Shown: positions 49,916 to 60,012, counted from the stretch's first letter. The stretch is DNA of 64,000 bases from Candidatus Magasanikiibacteriota bacterium (GCA_016193335.1 JACPSK010000001.1:422962-486961), one strand, 5' to 3'. Notes: a model not told the origin generated them from the letters alone. Numbers and translations are program-made.

Positions 49916-51280
49916 TTATGAGAGGGATTTATATTTCTTTCCCCACAAAACCCATTCTTCACAGCGTTCAAGCAGAATCGGAATCATTTTCCCCACATCG
50001 CTTTCATCCCCCTGAAAATGCGCCCGCTTCATCTCCCTTGAATTTCCTTTACACCAGCCATTATCATGCTGGTCTACCAAAACACTCGCCACAGTTCCCT
50101 TGTATGCCTGATTTTTCTCGAGCGCCCGCTTCTCCATGAGATTCTGCAAAATCCACCATCTCCTTTTTTTCTCTTCTTTTGAAACGGTATCTTGAAAGAC
50201 TTTGTATGAAACCGTGCCGCTCCGAGGTGAATATTGGGCATTATACGATATGTCAAAATCACAGCGTTGATACAAACTCACGGTATCTTGAAACATGGCC
50301 TCGGTCTCTCCGCAAAATCCCACTATAATATCAGTCCCTATGGCCATGGCCGGGTGCTTTTCTCTGATACGATCCACGGTTTGGATATAATATTCTCGGT
50401 CATGGCGCCTGTTCATCTTTTTGAGTATTTCATCATTGCCGGATTGCACCGGCAAATGAATATAATTTACTTGTTTCGGAAGCCCGAGCGCGTCTACGGC
50501 TTCCTCGTCCATGTACAAGGGATGAGGCGCGGTAAAATGAACCCGGTCTATGCCGGGTATCTGATTTATTTCCCAAAGAAGCTTCGCAAAATCATTTCGC
50601 GAGTATGGATTGGCAGAAGAAAAATGCCGCGGATCAGGAGCGATATAGTGATTTACAATCTGTCCGAGCAGGGTTATTTCCAGACATCCCTTGTCCGCGA
50701 GTTCACGAATTTCATCAAGGATATCTCTCAGACTCCTATTTTGTTCCAGCCCACGAGAAAAGGGAACCACGCAATAGGTACAAAAATGATTGCAGCCTGT
50801 CTGTATAGTGACAAAAGCCTGAAAGGATTTTTGGTAACTTGGACGCAATTGGAGATAATCTTTTTCTATATTCTCCATTGAGCGCAAATTCGGATTCAAC
50901 TCTGAAAGCCATTTGGGGAGATACACCATGTCTTTGGTGGGAAAATACAAATCAACTCCATTTAATTTTGCTTTCATTTTGCCATCTTTATCTCTTCCCG
51001 GCATACAGCCAGTGACGCAGACGATAAGGTCCGGTTTATTTTTTTTATACTCCAAAAATTTCTGACTAAGCCCATATATCCTGTCTTCGGCGCTTTTTCG
51101 GACAGAACAGCTATTCATAACAATCAAATCGGCCATTCCCGGATTTTCTGTTTTATTCATGTCAAGGCCGAGCAAAATAGACTCCAAGCGTTCTGAGTCG
51201 TTTTTGTTCATCTGACAACCCAAAGTGATGATATGATATTGGAGCTCGGGCTTTGTTTCCATTTTTTGATCTGTTGTCAT
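49916..51280 (-). CDS. miaB: tRNA-2-methylthio-N6-dimethylallyladenosine synthase
   Basis: GCQMNKNDSE, NSCSVR, GCNHFCTYC radical-SAM motif, HLPVQSG and TDIIVGF; adjacent to miaA. Confidence 0.92.
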   Translation of the reverse strand: MTTDQKMETKPELQYHIITLGCQMNKNDSERLESILLGLDMNKTENPGMADLIVMNSCSVRKSAEDRIYGLSQKFLEYKKNKPDLIVCVTGCMPGRDKDGKMKAKLNGVDLYFPTKDMVYLPKWLSELNPNLRSMENIEKDYLQLRPSYQKSFQAFVTIQTGCNHFCTYCVVPFSRGLEQNRSLRDILDEIRELADKGCLEITLLGQIVNHYIAPDPRHFSSANPYSRNDFAKLLWEINQIPGIDRVHFTAPHPLYMDEEAVDALGLPKQVNYIHLPVQSGNDEILKKMNRRHDREYYIQTVDRIREKHPAMAIGTDIIVGFCGETEAMFQDTVSLYQRCDFDISYNAQYSPRSGTVSYKVFQDTVSKEEKKRRWWILQNLMEKRALEKNQAYKGTVASVLVDQHDNGWCKGNSREMKRAHFQGDESDVGKMIPILLERCEEWVLWGKKYKSLS

Positions 51281-51341
51281 AGACTTAAAAGTCCTCGGAG
51301 TATAGCGAGAGAATAACAAAAAATCAAGGTTCCCGAGCGTA

Positions 51342-51370
51342 TTGACCGAAAAAAAAATTTACCATATACT
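51342..51370 (+). promoter_or_regulatory. sigma70-type promoter
   Basis: TTGACC-17 nt-TATACT. Confidence 0.6.
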
Positions 51371-51624
51371 TCTACGGCGGTTCTTTAAGAATTTTTGTGA
51401 CTGCGACTTCTGCCCCAGAATCTCAATAATCGGATGCACATGGAGCTATCTTCAAACAAAAACAACTCTTTCGGGGGGAAATTTTAAAATCGAGGAATAC
51501 AGACGTATGGGAACACTATTCGGAAATATCTGCTACTACCGCCTTAACCCAAATAATTTTGAACGATCCTAGAGATTAAAGATTTCAAATTGTTTAAAAA
51601 TTGTAAATTAAAAAAATTTAAATT

Positions 51625-52191
51625 ATGTCTACTTTCCCACACGAAGGACTCCCCGTACAGCCACTACAAAACGAAGACCAAAAACATCCCCAAAGACGTC
51701 ATCTGAGAGCTGTAACCGATCCGGATGAAACAGAAACTCAAAGCAGGGAAGCACTGCTCAGACAGAGGCGAGAGCTTCTCGAGAGAAAAGCGCAAATAGA
51801 ACGCGATTTTGCTAGCCAGATAGCGGCACTGAACGAAGAGTTAAAAACAGTAAACGACTCCATATTGGGCATTTCGGATACGCATAATTCGGGAGTCCGC
51901 AATCGCAAACGCGAAAAGGCACTTGAGGCATACGCAAGAAGCCCTGAATCTCTCATTGAGCATTGTATAATAACAATCACACTGAGACGCACGGACATAG
52001 AACGTTACCAAAGTATGCTCGCTGGAGAACGAAAACGCCAAATAAGCGAAAAAGACAGGCAAGCTTTGACAGATGAAAAAATCGAAGCAAACATCAAGAC
52101 GCTCCAAGAAGATATAGATAGAGCCTGGGACCGAATTAAAGAAATAAGCTCAAACATAAATGAATCCGAAAGAGAACAAAAGGTCGCCTGA
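51625..52191 (+). CDS. hypothetical coiled-coil protein
   Basis: 188-aa charged helical ORF with a native-style start. Confidence 0.7.
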   Translation: MSTFPHEGLPVQPLQNEDQKHPQRRHLRAVTDPDETETQSREALLRQRRELLERKAQIERDFASQIAALNEELKTVNDSILGISDTHNSGVRNRKREKALEAYARSPESLIEHCIITITLRRTDIERYQSMLAGERKRQISEKDRQALTDEKIEANIKTLQEDIDRAWDRIKEISSNINESEREQKVA

Positions 52192-52294
52192 GCGCAGAAC
52201 CCAATTCTTTGTTCGATGATGATAAAATACCTAAAGCCCATAAAAACACAACGCGCTCAGCCGGTTGCTGAGCGCTCATTCCTCCTTCTCGTTG

Positions 52295-52666
52295 TCATCC
52301 TTCCCCCGCCTCGGTGCGAGACAGCCAGGTCTCCGCGTCGTTGCTATGTCTTATCAGCATACCGCCGAGCAAGGATGCTTCCACGGCTTCATCGGCCGAG
52401 AAGACGAGCAAAACCGCTCCCGGCAGAACCGCTTCCTCGGAGGCCACATAGACCTCTAAGTCTTCGGGGGGGAACCCTTTTCCTCTCATATCTTCAAGGA
52501 GCAAATCTATCCAGATAATCTCCGCGGCCCGGAGAATCCAGGCCAGCTCGCCTGACTCCGAACGGCTCTCACAGAGAACCTGGATCTCAAACTTGCCCAC
52601 CTCGGGGCGCTCAATACAACGGACCACCAAAGGCGGCCCCAAAACCACAACTCCTGCGTTCCGCAT
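52295..52666 (-). CDS. GC-rich orphan protein
   Basis: AAGGAG SD 7 nt before ATG; promoter TTGACA-17-TAGAGT upstream. Confidence 0.6.
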   Translation of the reverse strand: MRNAGVVVLGPPLVVRCIERPEVGKFEIQVLCESRSESGELAWILRAAEIIWIDLLLEDMRGKGFPPEDLEVYVASEEAVLPGAVLLVFSADEAVEASLLGGMLIRHSNDAETWLSRTEAGEG

Positions 52667-52734
52667 TTGCCGTCTCCTTTAGTGTTCCGAATATAGGACT
52701 CTACTGTAATAGGGACGACTTGTCAAGTAGGGGG

Positions 52735-52939
52735 GTACGGATAGCACGGATCTACAGATCAACAGATAATACAAACAGTGCATTATTGTGGGGTGTGATA
52801 CAAAATAGATAACTTTGATCTGGGAATCCGTAGATCAGTAGATCCGTGCTATTTTACAGGTCAACGAGTAATTCAAATGGTGGATTATGTAGAATGTGAT
52901 TTGGAAATCCGTAGATCAGTAGATCCGTACTATCCGTAC
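52735..52939. repeat. 205-bp non-coding element with terminal inverted repeats and an internal direct repeat
   Basis: GTACGGATAGCACGGATCTAC / GTAGATCCGTACTATCCGTAC (21 bp, one mismatch); AATCCGTAGATCAGTAGATCCGT occurs at 52825 and 52906. Confidence 0.8.
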
Positions 52940-52998
52940 TTTACAATAGACAAAAAAACTGCTATACTAAGGGTAATTTATATTTCTTCTTTTCATAT

Positions 52999-53754
52999 AT
53001 GGGTGAAACAAGCAGATTCGCCGCGGAACCCGGGCTGAGAAAGCCAAGCGAACCGAAGCATGATGATCATGCGATTAGTCCTGGCGAAGAAGAGTGGTTC
53101 GAAACGCGCACAGACCTTCCCTATCCCACTGACCCTCAAGAAACACGGACCATGGTAGATTGGGATGGCACCGACATCGGGAGCCCCAAAGAGAGCGGTC
53201 AACTGCGCGACGACAGACCACGATCAAAGCTAGAACGGAGAAAACGATACAGCCAAGAAGAGGCTGATGTTTTGGTTGGCGACTTGGCTTCTGTGGCCGC
53301 GGAGTTAAAACAAGAACCGCAAGCCGCTTCTGACACAAAACCAAGAGCCGGGCAAAATAAGGACGTTTCTTCAACTAGCCTCAAAGAGGTCGGCATTAAA
53401 CTCGAAGTCCTCGGAAACAATCTCAATCTTCTGAAGAGACTCCAATCCATGCCGGATGATAACGCTGAAAAACAATTACACCTGCGGCAGATGGGCTTTC
53501 CCAACAATTTAGAACTTGAGACACGAATTGATCAGGTGCAAAAACAAATCATGGAAGCGCAGGAACACAGAAATTTTCTTGAAATTGCTCCTCCCACTGA
53601 TTACGAAAAGGAACATGGCAATACTGGCTTCGACCAGGCGGCATGGTTCGCCGATGAAGATGAAGCGCCACGAGTAGTCGAACGCATACTGCGTGAAAAA
53701 GGAGAACAACAACTAGAGCCGGAAGACTTTGATGAGATGAATGAAAGACTCTAA
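52999..53754 (+). CDS. hypothetical acidic protein
   Basis: 251-aa ORF; upstream promoter TAGACA..TGCTATACT. Confidence 0.7.
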   Translation: MGETSRFAAEPGLRKPSEPKHDDHAISPGEEEWFETRTDLPYPTDPQETRTMVDWDGTDIGSPKESGQLRDDRPRSKLERRKRYSQEEADVLVGDLASVAAELKQEPQAASDTKPRAGQNKDVSSTSLKEVGIKLEVLGNNLNLLKRLQSMPDDNAEKQLHLRQMGFPNNLELETRIDQVQKQIMEAQEHRNFLEIAPPTDYEKEHGNTGFDQAAWFADEDEAPRVVERILREKGEQQLEPEDFDEMNERL

Positions 53755-53773
53755 AAATTAATCGCAACATTTT

Positions 53774-53800
53774 AAAAACACCCGGAAGACGGGTGTTTTT
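53774..53800. terminator. bidirectional terminator
   Basis: AAAAACACCCG-loop-CGGGTGTTTTT between convergent genes. Confidence 0.75.
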
Positions 53801-53835
53801 ATGTAACATTAAAGCTCAAATTCGAAATTCTTTTG

Positions 53836-55584
53836 TCATTTAACTCTATTCTGAATTTCTTTCTGGAGCCTGGCCACAAATTCTTTTTTGGAAATCATTT
53901 CCTGGTCTGCTTGCCCCCGGAACCGTATGTTCCAATCCTTGCCGCTGATTTCGTTTTCCCCCACTACCACAATGTATGGAATTTTTTGTTTCGTGGCTTT
54001 GCGAATTTTTTTGCCCACGGTCTCGTCTGTACTGTCCACTTGAACGCGAATGTTTTGCGCTTTCAATTCATCGGCGAACCGCTTTGCTCCATCCGCATGT
54101 TTGTCATTGGACACGGGAATAAAATGGACTTGCACGGGCGACAGCCACAAAGGAAAATTGCCTGCCGTGTGCTCTATGTACACGGACAAAAACCGCTCTA
54201 TGGAGCCCATCAGCGCGAAATGAACCATAACCGGTGTTTTATCTTCTCCGTCTTTGTCCGTATAGGTCAAGCCAAAACGAGCCGGCTGTACAAAATCAAG
54301 CTGTGGAGTGGCCACCTGCCATTCGCGGCCAATCGCGTCCAAGGCCATGAAATCTATCTTCGGGCCGTAAAAAGCCGCTTCTCCAAAGGCCTCGTAATAA
54401 TCAAGTTCATTTTTCTTTGCTATATCAAGAATGATACTCTCGGCTTTGTCCCATAACGCCGCTTCTCCCAAATATTTTTCCGGCTGAGCTTTATCCCGAT
54501 ACGACAAACGCGCGCGGAGCTTCATACCAATGGTTCCATAAAACTCTTTTACCACTTTTATGAGAGCCCCATATACTTCTTCAATTTGTTCGGGCGTGCA
54601 AAAGGTGTGGCTGTCGTCCTGGGTTATCGAACGCACGCGGGAAAGCCCCAGTAATTCTCCGGCCTTTTCATCGCGGTAAATCGTGGTCGTTTCCATAAAT
54701 TTAAGCGGCAAATCACGGTAACTCCGAGGTTCTGACGCGTATATCTGCTGATGATGCGGACAATTCATGGGTTTCATTACCATTTGATCATCCGTTTCCT
54801 GGCTCTTTACCAAAAATAATTCAGCGCCGAATTTGGCCCAATGTCCGGAGGTTTCGTATAATTCTTTTTTCGTGATATGCGGAATCCAGACTCTCTGATA
54901 TCCGATCCCAACGCGCAAATCTTCCGAATAACGAGTGAGTTCGTCGCGGAGTACGGTTCCTTTTGGAGTAAATAAGGGGAGACCGGAGCCTACCATTTCC
55001 GAAAAAGTAAAAAGTCCCAATTCTTTTCCGAGTTTCCGATGATCGCGCTTTTTAGCTTCTTCGAGCATGTTTATATAAGCATCCAACTCCTCTTTAGTCG
55101 GGAAACAGGTTCCATAAATTCTGGTCAGCATCTGGTTTTTTTCATCCCCGCGCCAGTAGGCCCCCGCGACCGACAAAAGCTTGAAATGCTTCATGTCCTG
55201 ATAAGGTTTCTCGCAATGCCCGCCTTTGCAAAGGTCCACAAAATTTCCCGGATCATTGATCGTTATTTTTTTGCCCTTTTTGGCGAATTCCTCAAGAAGT
55301 TCCAATTTATAAGGATTATCCTGAAAGAGCATCCTTGCTTCATCAAGATCCACCTCTTTATGTTCGAAAAATTTCCAACTCCTTACGATTTCACGCATTT
55401 TTTCTTCAATTTTTGGAAGATCATTTTCTGAAATTTTTACCCTGCCAAAATCAAAATCCTGATAAAATCCATCTTCAATAGAAGGCCCAATAGCGTTATG
55501 GGTCCCCGGCCACAATTCTTTAACAGTCTTGGCGAGCAAATGGGCGCAGGAATGACGGAGATTGTTGAGATGTTCTGAATTCAT
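53836..55584 (-). CDS. thrS: threonine--tRNA ligase (no N-terminal TGS domain)
   Basis: RHSCAHLLA, DLCKGGH, RDHRKLG, KPMNCPHH and AAFYGPKID. Confidence 0.97.
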   Translation of the reverse strand: MNSEHLNNLRHSCAHLLAKTVKELWPGTHNAIGPSIEDGFYQDFDFGRVKISENDLPKIEEKMREIVRSWKFFEHKEVDLDEARMLFQDNPYKLELLEEFAKKGKKITINDPGNFVDLCKGGHCEKPYQDMKHFKLLSVAGAYWRGDEKNQMLTRIYGTCFPTKEELDAYINMLEEAKKRDHRKLGKELGLFTFSEMVGSGLPLFTPKGTVLRDELTRYSEDLRVGIGYQRVWIPHITKKELYETSGHWAKFGAELFLVKSQETDDQMVMKPMNCPHHQQIYASEPRSYRDLPLKFMETTTIYRDEKAGELLGLSRVRSITQDDSHTFCTPEQIEEVYGALIKVVKEFYGTIGMKLRARLSYRDKAQPEKYLGEAALWDKAESIILDIAKKNELDYYEAFGEAAFYGPKIDFMALDAIGREWQVATPQLDFVQPARFGLTYTDKDGEDKTPVMVHFALMGSIERFLSVYIEHTAGNFPLWLSPVQVHFIPVSNDKHADGAKRFADELKAQNIRVQVDSTDETVGKKIRKATKQKIPYIVVVGENEISGKDWNIRFRGQADQEMISKKEFVARLQKEIQNRVK

Positions 55585-55679
55585 ACAAAAAATATATAAA
55601 GGTTTTATACCTGTATTATCTCCTCAGCTCGGAAATGGAAAAACTACCATTTTTCCATTTCGCTCGCCTACGTCGATAA

Positions 55680-55885
55680 TAAAAACCCCGATACGCTTCT
55701 CTGCACGACGCATAGAGACGTATCGGGGCCCTAAATTTTTAGGACGGTTCCACCCGACATTTTACTTATATGGCATGTCCCGACACTCCCGAAGTGGTGC
55801 CTGGCGCTGTCTCTGAAGATGGCTCTCAATGTTGCCATCTCTCCCTGTCAGAGATTGTTACGCTGGACTGGTTTCGGTTCAAACG
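55680..55885 (-). ncRNA. T-box riboswitch (Thr, specifier ACC), transcriptional
   Basis: Stem I with an AGGGAGAG / TTGAGA apex, ACC at 55798-55796, antiterminator TCGGG-TGGAACC-GTCCTAAA..TTTAGGGC-CCCGA, and an overlapping terminator CCCCGATACG...CGTATCGGGG-TTTTT. Confidence 0.9.
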
Positions 55886-55938
55886 TGTCAACATAAACAT
55901 TACTCCAGCTCAAAATCCTTGTCAAGCGCTCTAAAATC

Positions 55939-57090
55939 TTATTCAACTTGGCGTAAAACAATCTGCACATGATCTCCCACATGGGGCACGGTGCGATTCC
56001 ACAAGGGTCTAAAATTCGTATCCACGCTCTGCACATGATCAAGAGAAAGCAAATACCTTCGCACTTCATCTTCTGTTTTTCCAAAAAACATGATTTTTTG
56101 AAGATCTTTGCTGTTTGGATCAAGAGTCGCCAGAGCGCTAAAAGAAACTTCGAGCGTAGCTTCCCATTTTTCTACATTGTAATCACCCAAGGCCGCCGAA
56201 GGTTCGAGATCACTTGATTGTATCATTTCATTGGAATCCACGATTTGTTTTCCAAGCATGGTAAGAGCTTGGGACTTCAGTTCGGCCTCATCGTACAGTA
56301 CGCCAAGGGCAGTGGCTCTGCCCTTCAATGTAAAGGAATCTGTTTCAGTTCCCACTTCGACATCTGATTCCACAAGCTTTTGAATCAATGAAACGAGTAC
56401 CTTCTTGTCTGGAAACTTTTCTTTGAAAAGTGTTTCCGCCTTTTTCTTTAACTCTTCTTCTACCAGTACAGACGCGGAATCTATGTCCTCTTTACTGACT
56501 ATGCCCACCTGTTTGATCCCACCGGACATGGATTCCAAACTTTTGGCGTATATAACTTTTTGCAAAGTCTGATTAAGACCAGGAATAATAAAATCACCAG
56601 GGGGGATATCACCGCTTGGTCCCGACTGATCCGCGTATACTTCCGCCTCAATGGAGGAAGCGGCCGGAACCAAAACGCGCTGTTTTAGTCTAAATAAAAC
56701 TTGATCTTTATTCAAAAGACGGGTGGTGGCGACGAGGGGCTGGTCCGCGGATCCATCATTATACAAGGTTACCCGTCCGGATGCTATGCCGTTTTCTTCG
56801 CGAACACCTTTTGGTTTAGCCGTTTGCTCGTCGGTCACCACGGTACTGGTAACAAACCCGGATACAGGGCTTGCTTTTACTTCTTCCAACCTTCCCAGAC
56901 TGACGGAAAAATGAGTTTCCACTGGCTCCGGCTTAGTCGTTACCGTGATAGTAGCCCGTTTTGATGACATAAAAACAATCAGAGCGAGTAAAATTATGGT
57001 AAGCACCAAAAAAGATAAGGCAACGAATTTATAAAATCGAACAGGCTGTCCCAGGGGATCATTTATCTGGCCTCTTTTCTTATGAACCAT
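55939..57090 (-). CDS. membrane-anchored baseplate J/gp47-like domain protein
   Basis: TM helix then ASGRVTLYN..QPLVATTRL..FRL..V.VPA..EVYADQSG..GDI, a pattern recalled from baseplate-J-like CPR proteins. Confidence 0.6.
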   Translation of the reverse strand: MVHKKRGQINDPLGQPVRFYKFVALSFLVLTIILLALIVFMSSKRATITVTTKPEPVETHFSVSLGRLEEVKASPVSGFVTSTVVTDEQTAKPKGVREENGIASGRVTLYNDGSADQPLVATTRLLNKDQVLFRLKQRVLVPAASSIEAEVYADQSGPSGDIPPGDFIIPGLNQTLQKVIYAKSLESMSGGIKQVGIVSKEDIDSASVLVEEELKKKAETLFKEKFPDKKVLVSLIQKLVESDVEVGTETDSFTLKGRATALGVLYDEAELKSQALTMLGKQIVDSNEMIQSSDLEPSAALGDYNVEKWEATLEVSFSALATLDPNSKDLQKIMFFGKTEDEVRRYLLSLDHVQSVDTNFRPLWNRTVPHVGDHVQIVLRQVE

Positions 57091-57107
57091 ACGAAAAAGG
57101 AAAAAAA

Positions 57108-58856
57108 TCATTCAATAACCCTAAATATTTCTTCAAGACTCGTTACTCCGGCGAGCGCTTTCAATATTCCGTCTTGAACCATGCTCAACATGCCATTTTC
57201 CTTGGCAATGGCCGCAACTTCAAATTCGGTTACCACGCCGGATGAAAAAGCGGCTTCTATTTTTTCATCCACTTTAAGCAATTCAAATATTCCTATTCGT
57301 CCTTTGTACCCCAAACCACTGCACTCTTTGCAAGCTTGAGGAAGATAGAAAAACAAATTTTCAAGAGACGGAATCTTGTCCCTTTCAGGCAATTGCGATA
57401 GATGATGCATTACTTTTTCTCGGAGACCAGATTCAAACGACTCTAATGATACCTTTTTTTTGCAAGTTTTACAAATTTTCCGCACCAAGCGCTGGCCTAT
57501 AAGGAGATTAAGTGCGGCACTCAGCAAAAAAGGCTTGGCGCCGATGGATAATAACCTCGGTATGGCCCCTGCCGCTGTGTTGGTGTGAACGGTTGAAAGC
57601 AAGAGATGCCCGGTCAGCGCGGCCTGCACAGCGATATCCGCAGTTTCGAGATCTCGTATTTCACCAACCATTACGATATCCGGATCTTGTCTCAAAAGAG
57701 CGCGGAGTCCTTTGGCAAAGGTATAATCTTTGTCCCGATCTATTTGACTCTGGTTAACACCGGCCAAGCGATATTCCACCGGATCTTCCAAAGTAATTAT
57801 TTTGACATCCGGCTTATTCAAAATACGCAAAATCGCGTACAAACTGGTGCTCTTCCCGCTCCCAGTAGGGCCGGTGGCGATTATCATCCCGTTTGGGCGC
57901 GCTATTTCCTGTTTGATAATATCAAGCCTATAGCCAACCAGACCGAGCTCATCCAAAGTAATCCCCTTTTCACTTTGTCTCAAAAGACGCATCACTACGC
58001 TCTCTCCGTGCATGGTGGGAATAATGGATACACGAACATCCACTTCCCCTCCCTCGGCCTTTATGGTAAATCTTCCGTCCTGCGGCTTGTCCGTTATATT
58101 TATTTTTAAGGAAGCAATCAATTTGATGCGAGAAAGTAATTTCTTGGGAGCTTCTTTAGGCAATTCTGCCACATCATGCAGGATGCCGTCTATCCTAAGA
58201 CGAACCATTACTCTGTTCTCTTCATTTTCAATGTGAAGGTCAGAAGCGTCTAATTTTAAACCCGCCGCCAAAATAATAGTGAGGATGTCAGTAGTCTGTT
58301 TAAGATGCAAAGCTTCCTCAACGCCCTCAAAATTGTGTATATCGGCTTTTACGGATTCGATATCAGTGGCTTCAATTTCAAGATTCTTGCTGATAGGTTT
58401 GATGATGGGCAAGGTATTGTACAAATTCAAAACATGAGCAAAGCTCGCTTCTGAAATAATATACAGAGCTCCTTGAGCATGATTGCGCTCTTCTATTTCA
58501 TGAACGAGTTCGTCCACTTCATCATTGTCAGGATCCAAGGTTCCTATTCTAAACTCATCCGGCGTTATAAAAAAACAAATACTTCGCAAACGCTTCGCTC
58601 TTTCAAGATCTATTTGGCGCAAAGCTTCCTGGCTGATCGGAAATTTTTCCAAATTAATATAAGGATACGCCCCGCCCAAATCTTCGGCTGTCCGTTTTGT
58701 CTCCACTTCAAGCTCATGTCTCTTTATTTGAGCCATCTTTTTGGTGAAACGTTCTTCAGTGTCTTTGGAAGCCACCGAAAGGCCGGAATGACTTTGAGCA
58801 GGATTCTTTCCTTTCTTGCCAGACAACAAATCATCAATAGAAGGGAGAACACTCAT
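57108..58856 (-). CDS. GspE/PilB family secretion/pilus ATPase
   Basis: ASDLHIE, PQDGRF, GPTGSGKST, LEDPVEY, LRQDPD, LTGHL and CKTC..CKEC. Confidence 0.93.
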   Translation of the reverse strand: MSVLPSIDDLLSGKKGKNPAQSHSGLSVASKDTEERFTKKMAQIKRHELEVETKRTAEDLGGAYPYINLEKFPISQEALRQIDLERAKRLRSICFFITPDEFRIGTLDPDNDEVDELVHEIEERNHAQGALYIISEASFAHVLNLYNTLPIIKPISKNLEIEATDIESVKADIHNFEGVEEALHLKQTTDILTIILAAGLKLDASDLHIENEENRVMVRLRIDGILHDVAELPKEAPKKLLSRIKLIASLKINITDKPQDGRFTIKAEGGEVDVRVSIIPTMHGESVVMRLLRQSEKGITLDELGLVGYRLDIIKQEIARPNGMIIATGPTGSGKSTSLYAILRILNKPDVKIITLEDPVEYRLAGVNQSQIDRDKDYTFAKGLRALLRQDPDIVMVGEIRDLETADIAVQAALTGHLLLSTVHTNTAAGAIPRLLSIGAKPFLLSAALNLLIGQRLVRKICKTCKKKVSLESFESGLREKVMHHLSQLPERDKIPSLENLFFYLPQACKECSGLGYKGRIGIFELLKVDEKIEAAFSSGVVTEFEVAAIAKENGMLSMVQDGILKALAGVTSLEEIFRVIE

Positions 58857-58886
58857 AACTATAAACAAATTAAGCCAGACAAAAAT

Positions 58887-59879
58887 CTAAGCCGAAAGAC
58901 GCATCCAGTGCAATACACGACTTTTTATTCCGTTTTTGTGCATCTTCACGAACAAAAAAGTCCAGACATTTATGACAAACACAGTAAAAATGCTCCATAA
59001 TAAAATGACAGAGAAAAGGAAAAGCCCATACCCCACGAACACTCCTATTTTGAACACCGCGAGACTGGCAAAAGCCTGAGCGAAAAAAGTGCCGAGCAAA
59101 ACCGGAAGCAAAAATAAATACACCAAAGCACCCATAGCAAGCACTAGCATCGCTACGTTGGCCGCAAGAAGCAAAAAACCCACTTCAAAAGAAACCACCC
59201 AGTGGCTAATAAATAATTTCCATGCCGAAGACAGAGCTCGCCAGAACGGATATTCTTCCACCACCACATAGGACGCCGCATACACAAGCAAAAAAGAAAC
59301 GACCAAGCCCACCAGAGAAGACAAAATAAAAATCATGAAAAATAACACAATATCAAATCCCGAAGGTTCTACCAAGGCATTCACGGTGGACCACAATACG
59401 GCCAAGGCCATGAGAATAAAAACGAATTTTCTCGCGAGATTTAATGAAAGAAGACGCCAGAAATGACTCACTCCTTTGTGCCAGGCTTCTGCATCGTCTG
59501 GAAAGGATGATTGCCGTTTGGCATACTGAGCCGCGCTATACACTATTGCACCCTGGGACACCACAGCAGCGAAGAGCAAAGCAAAAGCCAAACCAAAAAC
59601 AATAAGCAACATCCATACAAACCACAGCCAACCGTCTGCACCCCAATGCGAAGAATTAAAAAATTGGCTCCAGGCATCAGGACTTAAAAAAAATACAATA
59701 TATGACCACAGGCCTCCCGCACGGACGCTGCTCGAGGCCAGGGCTACTTTCGCAAGCAATTCAACCACGCCGAGCTGCCCGAGCAGCATAGCAAAAAGAC
59801 CAAAAGCCCAGAGGCCCTTGTGTTGCCAGGCGAGTTTGGAGCTCGATCGCAGAGCATCACGGTAAAGGGGTGTTTTCAT
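58887..59879 (-). CDS. polytopic membrane protein
   Basis: About 6-7 hydrophobic segments. Confidence 0.75.
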   Translation of the reverse strand: MKTPLYRDALRSSSKLAWQHKGLWAFGLFAMLLGQLGVVELLAKVALASSSVRAGGLWSYIVFFLSPDAWSQFFNSSHWGADGWLWFVWMLLIVFGLAFALLFAAVVSQGAIVYSAAQYAKRQSSFPDDAEAWHKGVSHFWRLLSLNLARKFVFILMALAVLWSTVNALVEPSGFDIVLFFMIFILSSLVGLVVSFLLVYAASYVVVEEYPFWRALSSAWKLFISHWVVSFEVGFLLLAANVAMLVLAMGALVYLFLLPVLLGTFFAQAFASLAVFKIGVFVGYGLFLFSVILLWSIFTVFVINVWTFLFVKMHKNGIKSRVLHWMRLSA

Positions 59880-60012
59880 AGATATTTAATTTAAAAATAG
59901 TCAACTCAAAATAAATTAATATTTAATAAATAGTAGTATACCATACTTTTCTTCGTATTACATGAAAAATGATACCAGGCTTTGTATCTAGAGGCCATGC
60001 TCTCTGCTCAAA

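Noticed and set aside
51342-51572. 76-aa ORF from the track
   Set aside because: Its TTG start is the -35 box of a promoter and it has no recognisable coding features; only the last 21 codons are kept as a weak candidate.
52735-52939. Possible mini CRISPR array (two 23-bp direct repeats)
   Set aside because: Only two copies, a 58-nt gap, an inverted third copy and no cas genes; better explained as an inverted-repeat element.
55939-57090. Prophage suggested by the baseplate-J-like gene and the nucleotide-metabolism cluster
   Set aside because: No integrase, terminase, capsid or tail genes; the flanking genes are housekeeping.
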